A stretch of DNA of 64,000 nt from Bdellovibrionota bacterium (GTDB lineage Bacteria > Bdellovibrionota_C > UBA2361 > JBGSMV01): positions 1-64,000 of the forward strand of contig JBGSMV010000040.1 in NCBI GenBank assembly GCA_041739995.1. Reading direction: 5' to 3'. The position numbers and the translations under genes were made by a program. The notes under the pieces were generated by a model that was given only the letters and a program-made list of their open reading frames with translations, was not told where the DNA came from and searched no databases. Positions within the stretch are counted from its first letter, which is position 1. Each line of letters starts with the position of its first letter. Below, in pieces: positions 21,257-29,955 of this stretch.

Positions 21257-21382
21257 CAACACACTGATAGCATTTGATTTTTATTCCTCTGCACTATTTT
21301 AGAAAGGCATGCGCCATCGATATTCCTCCTGTCCATAACCACTCTGTTTCCTCGTAGAGACTCCGTAGCAAGCACAGGCACT

Positions 21383-21844
21383 ATGAACACATCCTCTACC
21401 GCCCAAGAGGCACCAACTCACTGGACTAGCACGAGCGCAAGCCCTACCCCTGCAGATCCTATCTCCCTGTCTATCCCCGAGAGCGGCTCTGCTGCACTGC
21501 CCGCGCCCCGGCAACTGCAGCTACAAGACATACTCCCACGCGATACGGACTCTGTGTGCGCCGAAACAAGCGGCAGATTCGGCGACCTCGTGATTTTCGA
21601 ACACAACAAGACTCTCGTGGCGATAATTGCAGAGGATCACAGCGCAGCCTTTTCAATCGCACATCGGAAATTTAATACTCGCGAGGTTGATGCCGTTGGG
21701 TTTGGAAATGTCTCAATTGATTCCAACAATACCTTTACCATCGGCCTGCGAAGCTTAAGTTTCATTCACCAGCCGGTTAAAGTTAAGCAGCTTTTTGTCG
21801 AAGTTCTTCCGCACGGCACCCCAGTGAAGATGCAGGCACTCTAA
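21383..21844 (+). CDS. Hypothetical protein (disordered N-terminus, ~100-aa globular C-terminus)
   Basis: 153-aa ORF filling the gap, convergent with surE; no recognised motif. Confidence 0.6.
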   Translation: MNTSSTAQEAPTHWTSTSASPTPADPISLSIPESGSAALPAPRQLQLQDILPRDTDSVCAETSGRFGDLVIFEHNKTLVAIIAEDHSAAFSIAHRKFNTREVDAVGFGNVSIDSNNTFTIGLRSLSFIHQPVKVKQLFVEVLPHGTPVKMQAL

Positions 21845-21880
21845 ATATTAAAATACTCATCGCCTCAAGTACTCGCCTGA

Positions 21881-22714
21881 CTAGGCGCTCCGCACCTTTA
21901 AAGTGCCTAATGCCGCGCCCCGAAGAGCAGTCATGGTCACCCTTCCCTCTCGCAAGAAACGGGTATCTGAGCGCGGAGACGCATCAAGTTTCACTGAGTT
22001 GAGTTCGAAAATAAAACTGTCCTCATCGCGACGAAAACAACTTCCATACGAACCAGAGTCCAGTTCGGCCAGCACGGGAGTGTCATTCGTTGCGGTTGCG
22101 GGGAAATTTACATTCCAGGTGATGCTCTTATCGAGCTTACTCGCACTTCCGCTTCGGCTCCCAATCAATTCATCAAGCACGACCGGCAACAGGCGCATGG
22201 TTTGCTGCCGTAGGTGCTGCTCGATTTCTGGTTTAAGCGCGTACTCTGCTACGTAATGCTGCATAGTCTCTCGATCAAAGGCTTGAGAGAGTGCAATCGC
22301 CGGAATACCTGCGATATTGGCCTCAAAGCAGGCTCCCACCGTGCCAGAAGACAACATGAAGCACTCAGCGGCATTAAGACCTGCATTTATGCCCGAAACC
22401 ACCAGATCAGGCTTGTGCCCAAGCAAATGATGAACCGCAATGTTCACGCAATCTGCAGGAGTGCCGTCCAAGGCCGAAGCGACAACTCCTCCATACACTA
22501 ACTCGACCTGAGAAAGTGCCACCGATCCAAAGCGCGTCAACGCTTTGCCGCGCCAACTTTGCTCGTGCAAAGGCACCACCACGGAAACATCTCCGTAGCG
22601 CTTAAGACATTCGATTGCCCACCCCAAGAGTGGGGAGCGGTGGCTGTCGTCGTTAGTGAGTAGAATTTTCAAGCGACCGCCTTGTCCTTGAGATCGCCTC
22701 GACGCTGTACCCAC
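21881..22714 (-). CDS. surE: 5'/3'-nucleotidase SurE
   Basis: ILLTNDD, DGTPADCV, DLVVSGINAG, SGTVGA. Confidence 0.93.
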   Translation of the reverse strand: MGTASRRSQGQGGRLKILLTNDDSHRSPLLGWAIECLKRYGDVSVVVPLHEQSWRGKALTRFGSVALSQVELVYGGVVASALDGTPADCVNIAVHHLLGHKPDLVVSGINAGLNAAECFMLSSGTVGACFEANIAGIPAIALSQAFDRETMQHYVAEYALKPEIEQHLRQQTMRLLPVVLDELIGSRSGSASKLDKSITWNVNFPATATNDTPVLAELDSGSYGSCFRRDEDSFIFELNSVKLDASPRSDTRFLREGRVTMTALRGAALGTLKVRSA

Positions 22715-22899
22715 AGCACAAAAGCAAAAGGCCTCCGATCGGTGTCGATCGAAGGCCTCGCTTGCAGTCTATAAAGACAAGGACACTGTGACACAGCGGT
22801 GCTCCAAGCAGTCCCCCTTCGCCTCGATCGGCCTCGGCAGTCCCGATACTCGAGATGGCTACGGCGCGACGTCGTCGTCTGTGCCTGTGGCACAGACTC

Positions 22900-24180
22900 C
22901 TAGTCTACTTGCTTACGAAGGAACGTAGGGATTTCGTACTTCTCTTCGTCCTCTGAGCTAGAGAGCACTGAAAGCTTCTTGAGCTTGATCACTTCCGCAC
23001 CACTGTCCTTGCCCTTACGCGCGAAGGTTGGGATATCAACCCGCTCTGACTCGCGAGAGTCCTTGCTGGCGCTTAGTGGTTGATGTCCAAAGCCTGAGCC
23101 GCCGCCGGCCAAGGATGACATCGGTGAAACAGCGACGGTATTCGAATCCTCAGCATGGTCGCCGAAACCGGTTGCAATCACCGTAACGCGCACTCGATCC
23201 GACAAGGTCGGGTCGATGACCATTCCCCAAATAATATTCGCATCTTCGTGAGCTTCAGCATGCACAAGCTCAGCAGCTTCATTAACTTCTTGAAGCGTGA
23301 CGTCAGAAGAAGCGGTGACATTGATCAACACACCACGAGCGCCGTGAATCGAGATGTCCTCAAGCAGTGGGCTTGAAATAGCCTTCTCTGCCGCCTCAAT
23401 CGCGCGGTTTTCGCCACTCGCTTCGCCTGTGCCCATCATCGCCATGCCCATCTCGGACATAACGGCGCGAACGTCCGCGAAATCGACGTTGACCAAACCT
23501 TCGTAAATAATCAGATCACTGATGCCCTTCACTGCTTGGAAGAGAATGTCATCAGCTCTTCGGAAGGTTTCCAGCAGAGACGTATTTCTGCCTGCAATCG
23601 AGAGCAGACGTTGATTCGGGATGGTGATCAGAGTGTCCACGACACGCTTCATCTCTTCGATGCCGCGCTCAGCATTTCGCATACGGCGCTTTCCTTCAAA
23701 GAGGAAAGGCTTGGTGACCACACCAACGGTGAGACATCCGAGTTCTTTGGCAACTTCAGCTACAACTGAAGAACCTAACGTGCCAGTGCCACCGCCCATT
23801 CCGGCAGTGATGAACACCATGTCACAGCCTTCGAGACTGGCTCGAAGAGTTTCGATGCTCTCTCGCGCTGCGGCTTGACCGATATCTGGATCGGCTCCGG
23901 CTCCGAGGCCCTTGGTGATCTCATCACCAAGACGAAGCTTGTTCGGTGCAAGAGACGAAGCAAGCGCTTGCGCGTCGGTGTTCGCTGAATAGAAATCAAC
24001 TCCTTCGAGCCCGCTGCGGATCATGTTGTTGACCGCATTCAAGCCCGCGCCGCCGATCCCAAAGACCTTAATCTTCGCCCGATACTCAGGCGCAATCATG
24101 ACAGGCGCCGAAATAATCGGGCTCAGCTTCTCGGTGGGTTTTGAATTAGAAGAATTATCGTTCATGTCGGGGCTCTCCAA
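22900..24180 (-). CDS. ftsZ: Cell division protein FtsZ
   Basis: GGAGLNA, tubulin signature GMGGGTGT, VNVDFAD, C-terminal IPTFLRKQ. Confidence 0.98.
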   Translation of the reverse strand: MESPDMNDNSSNSKPTEKLSPIISAPVMIAPEYRAKIKVFGIGGAGLNAVNNMIRSGLEGVDFYSANTDAQALASSLAPNKLRLGDEITKGLGAGADPDIGQAAARESIETLRASLEGCDMVFITAGMGGGTGTLGSSVVAEVAKELGCLTVGVVTKPFLFEGKRRMRNAERGIEEMKRVVDTLITIPNQRLLSIAGRNTSLLETFRRADDILFQAVKGISDLIIYEGLVNVDFADVRAVMSEMGMAMMGTGEASGENRAIEAAEKAISSPLLEDISIHGARGVLINVTASSDVTLQEVNEAAELVHAEAHEDANIIWGMVIDPTLSDRVRVTVIATGFGDHAEDSNTVAVSPMSSLAGGGSGFGHQPLSASKDSRESERVDIPTFARKGKDSGAEVIKLKKLSVLSSSEDEEKYEIPTFLRKQVD

Positions 24181-24644
24181 GTACGAAACAGACGCTCAAT
24201 CGGAACACGCTAAAGGTTACGAAAAATCTCTCGAGGGAACAAACAATCGAAGGAGCCTAATCCGCCTTCAAACCGAAATCAAACAAGTTCTCGAAAAAAA
24301 CAGGGCTCGTAAAAACATTGCTCGCAAAAACATTTCCCGCAAAAAATATCTTTGCAAAACAGCCATTAGCCATTGGCCATTAGAAGGACAACGCTCAACA
24401 ATGTGGCTCTAAATAACGGACTTACGGGAAAGCACCTCCTTGAGTTAGGGAGCTGCTCCGCAAATGACGTTACCCCAACTTTAGGCTTCTTAAAGTAAGG
24501 TGTCAAAGAAGATCGGCTACTCTAAGAGATTTAAGTTACCCCTTGGGCACAGGGCCAAACGCACACATTCCACTACCTTAACCTGGAAGCTCACGCCGGG
24601 GCCATTTTCCCGCCTCAATGAAGCCCCTCCGACTTTCAAACTGA

Positions 24645-24787
24645 GGCACTTCTGGGAAACTAAACCTTAGTGGTCTTTGTGTGCTTAGTGGTGCAAATAA
24701 ACTCTAGAAATTAACCTAAATTTAATTAAACCACGAAGACCACAAAGCGCACGAAGAATAGGAGTATGGGTTTTCAGAGGCTCCCTA
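24645..24787. mobile_element. MITE-like dispersed repeat, copy 1
   Basis: Reverse complement aligns along its whole length with 61385-61531; imperfect terminal inverted repeats. Confidence 0.7.
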
Positions 24788-24865
24788 AAAAGAGCGGCCC
24801 TAAAAAGAGCGGAATGACGGGCATAAAGCAGCCTGACCTCAAAATGCCCGATTAAAAATGGCCGA

Positions 24866-26182
24866 TTAAAAATGGTCAGAGAACCAATTCCCTACTTTCT
24901 TCACCGCCCGTCGTAGAGTGGATTGATCAGACGAGAACCCAAGGCGCGATCCATACTCGGCGCCGTACATGGCAAGACCAACACAGGTCGAGTATTCAGG
25001 AAGTTGGACCAAATCCGTGAGCCCGCCGAGCCCGCCAGAAGAGTTCGAGCTTGAGCCTATGCTCTGAGGCATTGCCAGAGCCGATCCGCCCATGCCCCCA
25101 CCTAAGGACTGGCCCATCGGAGTAATGGCCGCACCGACTCGCACGGGAAGATTAAATACCTGCTCTGCAGTTGACGCTAAGCCGCCGAGGCTCGCACTAC
25201 CGCCAGTAAGTACTAGGCCAGAAGTGAGCAAGTCGTAGCATCCTGAACGCACCAGCTCACGCTGTGCCATCTGTAAAATTTCGCTGACTCGCGGCTCTAC
25301 AATTTCCGAAAGCACAAGTTTCGAGAGCACCCGCGATGAACGCCCACCGGTCGATGCAACCTCAATGGTCTCGTCCTTACCAACCGCAACCCCTATCGCA
25401 TTACCATATCGGCACTTAATATCCTCAGCCGCAGCAATGGGAGTACGAAGCCCCGCCGCGATATCATTGGTGATGTGATTTCCCCCCACAGAGATAACAC
25501 TGGTGTGCTTCACTGCGCCGGCATGGAACACAATCAAGTCCGTTGTTCCACCACCAATATCAATCAGACACACGCCAAGCTCTTGCTCTTCGGGAGAGAG
25601 AACCGCACGAGCTGACGCCAAAGATGAGAACACAATATCTCTCACGGTGAGGCCACATCGATTGGCACATTTCACCACGTTCTGAGCACTTGCCACGGCA
25701 CCAGTAACAATGTGAACGCGCGCCTCGAGTCGCACTCCAGAAATTCCAATCGGATCTTTTATACCATCTTGCTCATCGATGATGAATTCTTGAGGAAGAA
25801 CATGCAGCACTTCTCGGTCGAGCGGTATCGCGACAGCCTTCGCCGCCTCGATAACTTTCTCAACATCAAGGTGACTGACTTCTTTGTTCTTTATGCCGAC
25901 GATGCCGTGGCTATTGAAACCGGTGATGTGGCTTCCAGAAATCGAAGCGAACACAGAGCTGACCTGACAGCCCGCCATGGTTTCAGCTTGAGCAACTGCT
26001 TTAGAGATTGCTTCGACCGTGGCTTCGATATTGATCACCACGCCCTTGCGCAATCCACGCGAGGGACTACTGCCCACACCGAGGACATTCACCTTTCCAT
26101 CAGGGAAAGCTTCAGTAACCACGACTTTGGTAGTCTGGGTTCCAATATCAAGTCCAACAACGTAATTCGGTCGAGCTGCCAT
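24866..26182 (-). CDS. ftsA: Cell division protein FtsA
   Basis: GLDIGT, GLRKGVV, LIDIGGGTTD, VLTGG, C-terminal amphipathic NWFSDHF. Confidence 0.98.
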   Translation of the reverse strand: MAARPNYVVGLDIGTQTTKVVVTEAFPDGKVNVLGVGSSPSRGLRKGVVINIEATVEAISKAVAQAETMAGCQVSSVFASISGSHITGFNSHGIVGIKNKEVSHLDVEKVIEAAKAVAIPLDREVLHVLPQEFIIDEQDGIKDPIGISGVRLEARVHIVTGAVASAQNVVKCANRCGLTVRDIVFSSLASARAVLSPEEQELGVCLIDIGGGTTDLIVFHAGAVKHTSVISVGGNHITNDIAAGLRTPIAAAEDIKCRYGNAIGVAVGKDETIEVASTGGRSSRVLSKLVLSEIVEPRVSEILQMAQRELVRSGCYDLLTSGLVLTGGSASLGGLASTAEQVFNLPVRVGAAITPMGQSLGGGMGGSALAMPQSIGSSSNSSGGLGGLTDLVQLPEYSTCVGLAMYGAEYGSRLGFSSDQSTLRRAVKKVGNWFSDHF

Positions 26183-26287
26183 GGGTCAAAAGTAAACGCA
26201 GTTTGCTTAGCGGGCAAGCACTTTCACAATAAATCGCAGCTGTGGAAAACTCTGTCGATAACGATGCTATCTGCCTGAAAGGAACCA

Positions 26288-27226
26288 CTACCGCAGCTGG
26301 ACCGGCGAGCTGGCATGGTTTTCGCCCTCGGGATAGCGCACCACTGCGATGCGCTCAAACGCCAAATCGACCTGCGTAGCGTCTATGAGACGCTCTGGGT
26401 ACTTCTCAATCAACGCCACCAAGCGCGCCGCCTGGTCTCCTAAACGATCTTCCCACTGCTCATCGCCCCCAATGTCAAAGCGGGCACTCCACGAGGTGTC
26501 GGCAAAGCGCGCAAGAATCTCTCGCCCAGGCTCAAAGCGTAGTTCACTCACCCCACGGTTCAATGCGGAATCAAGCAGTTGAATGACCCGCACCGCTTGA
26601 GAAAATCGAATTCTCAGCGTATCGGGCGACTCGTGTTCGTCGCCTAAGCCTTCGACTACAGTCAGGTCTTTACCGGCCAAATGAGACGAATTTTTGCTGT
26701 TCACTGCGCTCGTGCTCGTTTCAGAACTAGACAGAGCTGATTTTTGCCCCTTTGCCACCACTGGTCGAGCCAACGCCGCCGAGACGCCTAGCTCATTTTT
26801 AGAGGGCCAGGTTCCAGGCAAGGGAGTCATCACTCCACCATCTTCTCCGATTACCCAGCCTCTTCTTCCGATCACGGCAATAAAAAATGCGTCTCTTTCA
26901 GTAACCTGGATTCTAAAACACCCCCACCACTGCTCGTCGCAACCTTCAACCCGAGCATCTCTGACGAGCGGGTGGCCACGCAGCAAAGCGCTCAACTGCT
27001 CACGGTGCAGCATCCAGGACAATACCGATTCTTTCTGCGGAAGGAGCGCTTCGATCTCGTGTCGGTCGACAAGCTTTGTGCCTGAGATCCAAATTTCCTT
27101 GGTGAACCAAAAGTCCGTCGCCGCGTTCATGCCGCCATCAAGCAGCGCCCGCGCTCGCGCAGGCTGATCGAGCGTCAACAGAGTACACACGACAAGAGTA
27201 GAAAAGAGTGTGAGGAGTGCGCGCAT
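26288..27226 (-). CDS. ftsQ: FtsQ/DivIB (POTRA domain) cell division protein
   Basis: Position between murB and ftsA; N-terminal TM, HPLVRDARV...I.VTER, C-terminal VDLAF...AVVR. Confidence 0.82.
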   Translation of the reverse strand: MRALLTLFSTLVVCTLLTLDQPARARALLDGGMNAATDFWFTKEIWISGTKLVDRHEIEALLPQKESVLSWMLHREQLSALLRGHPLVRDARVEGCDEQWWGCFRIQVTERDAFFIAVIGRRGWVIGEDGGVMTPLPGTWPSKNELGVSAALARPVVAKGQKSALSSSETSTSAVNSKNSSHLAGKDLTVVEGLGDEHESPDTLRIRFSQAVRVIQLLDSALNRGVSELRFEPGREILARFADTSWSARFDIGGDEQWEDRLGDQAARLVALIEKYPERLIDATQVDLAFERIAVVRYPEGENHASSPVQLR

Positions 27227-27419
27227 TGATCACTAACCTCTGATCATTTTTCGCTTCCTCGCCACAGTACGAAGAGGCCGTACGAATAGGTCCTGCGAAG
27301 AGGACAAAGAACAATCCCGCTCTTCGCGAGAGCCTTGCTGCTCCCGGGAAACTATCAGCCACCGTCACCGCAAGAAAGACCTCTTAAGCATTCGCACTGA
27401 AGAAGTTTAGGGAAGAAGC

Positions 27420-28334
27420 CTACGTCCAATGCAGGACTTCAGGTTCAAGCTCTATGGAATGAGCCTTCTGCACTGCCTGCTGACAGCGCCTGATAAGCTC
27501 TTGTACGTCTAGATCCGTCGCTTTCCGAGAGTCATTCACGATCCAATTTGCGTGCAGATCCGACACGCGCGCCTGCCCCAGGCTGACTCCCTTCATGCCG
27601 GCCTCCTCAAGCAATCGGCCAGCAGGACGGTCAGCCGAAGGGTTTTTAAAAATCGAGCCCGCTGAAGGGCTTTGTAAGGGCTGAGTCTGCTTGCGATGCG
27701 AGAGATACTTCTGGCGAAGCTCGGCACTACGCTGGGCGTTTCCTTGCACCATCTCGAATACCACTTCGTGCACTATCGCTCCGGGCGGCAGCAAGCTTCT
27801 GCGGTAAGAAAAAGATAATTCCTTCGCACGTAGCTCTAGTGTCGTGCCGTCTGGAAGTACCACTCCAACTCGCTCAATCACGTCCGCCATCTGACCATGA
27901 TGCGCCCCCGCATTCATCGCCACCGCTCCGCCGATTGATGCAGGAATTCCTCCAGCAAACTCAAGACCAGACAGCCCTTCGCCCGACAGTGTTCTCGACA
28001 GCGCCATCAGTGAATACGAACCACCCACCCGCACTCGCCCTGAGCCAAGCACTTCAAACGTACGAAAGCCTCTGCCCAGACGCAGCGTAAGACCGCTCAG
28101 TCCTTGAGACGACATTAAGATATTGCTGCCCGCGCCAAGGATCCGATGCTGCAAGCCGCTGGCAGAAAGCTTTCTACGAATCTCCACAAGCTCTTCGAGA
28201 TTATCGAGCTCTAAAAATCCTTCGAGCGGGCCGCCGATGGCGAGGGTGGTGAGCGAAGACCCAAGCAGGCCTCGTCGCACACGATCTCCCAGCAAAGATG
28301 AGAGAGAATCAGCTTCGCCTGAAGACGCTTGCAC
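27420..28334 (-). CDS. murB: UDP-N-acetylenolpyruvoylglucosamine reductase
   Basis: LGAGSNIL, GIPASIGGAVAMNAGA, QP...SAGSIFKNP, HANWIVN, LEPEV. Confidence 0.96.
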   Translation of the reverse strand: MQASSGEADSLSSLLGDRVRRGLLGSSLTTLAIGGPLEGFLELDNLEELVEIRRKLSASGLQHRILGAGSNILMSSQGLSGLTLRLGRGFRTFEVLGSGRVRVGGSYSLMALSRTLSGEGLSGLEFAGGIPASIGGAVAMNAGAHHGQMADVIERVGVVLPDGTTLELRAKELSFSYRRSLLPPGAIVHEVVFEMVQGNAQRSAELRQKYLSHRKQTQPLQSPSAGSIFKNPSADRPAGRLLEEAGMKGVSLGQARVSDLHANWIVNDSRKATDLDVQELIRRCQQAVQKAHSIELEPEVLHWT

Positions 28335-29747
28335 CTAAGCACCTCCGACCACTTTCTTGAGATGAGGGCTTTGAAGCTGCGGCAACGCAGCCATGATCTG
28401 CTCTGGAAGACTGCCGATTGAACCGGCGCCTAAACACAGCACCAAGTCCCCGGCCTGCAGCTTTGGAATTAAGAAGTCAGGAACGCCTTTCACGTCAGAA
28501 ACAAAATGCTTTCGCCCATGCACTATCGCGTCGCAGAGTGCCTTTCCTGAGATTCCAGGAATAGGCTGCTCGCTTGCCGCGTAGATTTCTGTGGCGATCA
28601 CGTGATCCGCATCTTGAAATGCATCTAAAAATTCAACGAAACACTCCTTGGTTCTGGAGTACCGATGCGGCTGAAATACCACATGCAGCTGCCTCATGTG
28701 ATCTCTCCAGCCCTCGCGCACGGCCTGCAACGTCGCTCGAATCTCTGTGGGATGGTGCCCATAGTCACTTATCACTGTCACACCTGAGTGCTCGCCAATG
28801 ACTTCGAGTCTGCGCTTTACTCCAGAAAATGAAGCTATCGCTTCTTCGATAGCCTGTACCGGAATCTCAAATTCGAGCCCAACCGCAACCGCTGCGACAC
28901 AATTAAGAACAAGGTGGCGCCCCAGCATCGGTAAGTGGGTGCCCAGTAGGCGCTCGCCTCCACGCCATACTTCAAAGGTTGTGCCCGAAGGGCTCTGTTC
29001 AATAATGCGCGGTTGCAACTCCGCATCAGGAGAATAGCCGTAGGTGACCTTGCGCTTGGTGTACAAGCGCGCCAGCTCACGCACGCGATGGTCATCGACG
29101 CACAGCACTGCGAGTCCGTAGAATGGAACTGATTCAACAAAAGTTTTAAATGATTGCTCGAGGTCTGTCAGCGACGCGTAGGCGCTCAGATGTTCTGAAT
29201 CAATATTGGTAACCACCGCGATGGTTGGCTTCATGAGAAGAAAACTACGATCACTCTCATCTGTCTCAGCCACCAAAAATTCGCTCTTCCCTACCCTGCT
29301 GCCTGAGTCGCGCGCTTTGAGCTGCCCACCAATAACGACAGTGGGGTCGAGCCCTCCACGCTCAAGCACTGCGGCACAAAGACTAGTAGTGGTGGTTTTA
29401 CCGTGAGATCCCCCGACGGCTACGCCGTACTTCAGTCTCATTAGCTCAGCCAGCACCTCTGCACGCCGCACCACCGGGATACCGCGGCGGTGGGCCTCTA
29501 CCATTTCCGGGTTGGTGGCATCTACTGCCGATGAGTACACCAACAACGATGCCCCAGCGGGTAGATTCTGGGCATCGTGCCCAATGGAAACTTCCGCACC
29601 CAAACGCTCCAGCATTCTGGTGGTCTCAGAGGCCTTCATGTCAGAGCCTGAGACCTGGAATCCGAGCGTCATGAGTATTTCTGCAATACCGGACATGCCT
29701 GAGCCGCCGATGCCGGTGAAATGAAAGTGTAATCTGGAATTGTACAT
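28335..29747 (-). CDS. murC: UDP-N-acetylmuramate-L-alanine ligase
   Basis: HFTGIGGSGMSG, GSHGKTTTT, DESD, DYGHHPTE, FQPHRYSR. ATG at 29747 is preceded by GAGGGG. Confidence 0.97.
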   Translation of the reverse strand: MYNSRLHFHFTGIGGSGMSGIAEILMTLGFQVSGSDMKASETTRMLERLGAEVSIGHDAQNLPAGASLLVYSSAVDATNPEMVEAHRRGIPVVRRAEVLAELMRLKYGVAVGGSHGKTTTTSLCAAVLERGGLDPTVVIGGQLKARDSGSRVGKSEFLVAETDESDRSFLLMKPTIAVVTNIDSEHLSAYASLTDLEQSFKTFVESVPFYGLAVLCVDDHRVRELARLYTKRKVTYGYSPDAELQPRIIEQSPSGTTFEVWRGGERLLGTHLPMLGRHLVLNCVAAVAVGLEFEIPVQAIEEAIASFSGVKRRLEVIGEHSGVTVISDYGHHPTEIRATLQAVREGWRDHMRQLHVVFQPHRYSRTKECFVEFLDAFQDADHVIATEIYAASEQPIPGISGKALCDAIVHGRKHFVSDVKGVPDFLIPKLQAGDLVLCLGAGSIGSLPEQIMAALPQLQSPHLKKVVGGA

Positions 29748-29955
29748 GCGCCCCTCGAATATAACGCGCTTCGAACCGCCCCTCGAAGCTTTACCCCCCA
29801 GAGTTTCGCTTAAGAGCAGTCGGGAACCTATCACAGGGGCCAGACGCTGTGAAATTCGTGCTGCACGCTGCGGGCGTCCCCAATTCAGCCACACCCGCAA
29901 TAAAGGAATTTCGAGTCGCTTGGCATATCCCGTCAGAAGCGCTACTCGATCGCTC

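Noticed and set aside
20933..21260. tmRNA (GGGGGCGA start)
   Set aside because: No TTCGAC 5' motif, no terminal T-arm with CCA, no tag reading frame.
24306..24880. CRISPR array
   Set aside because: Repeats are short direct tandem units without unique spacers, and no cas genes are present.
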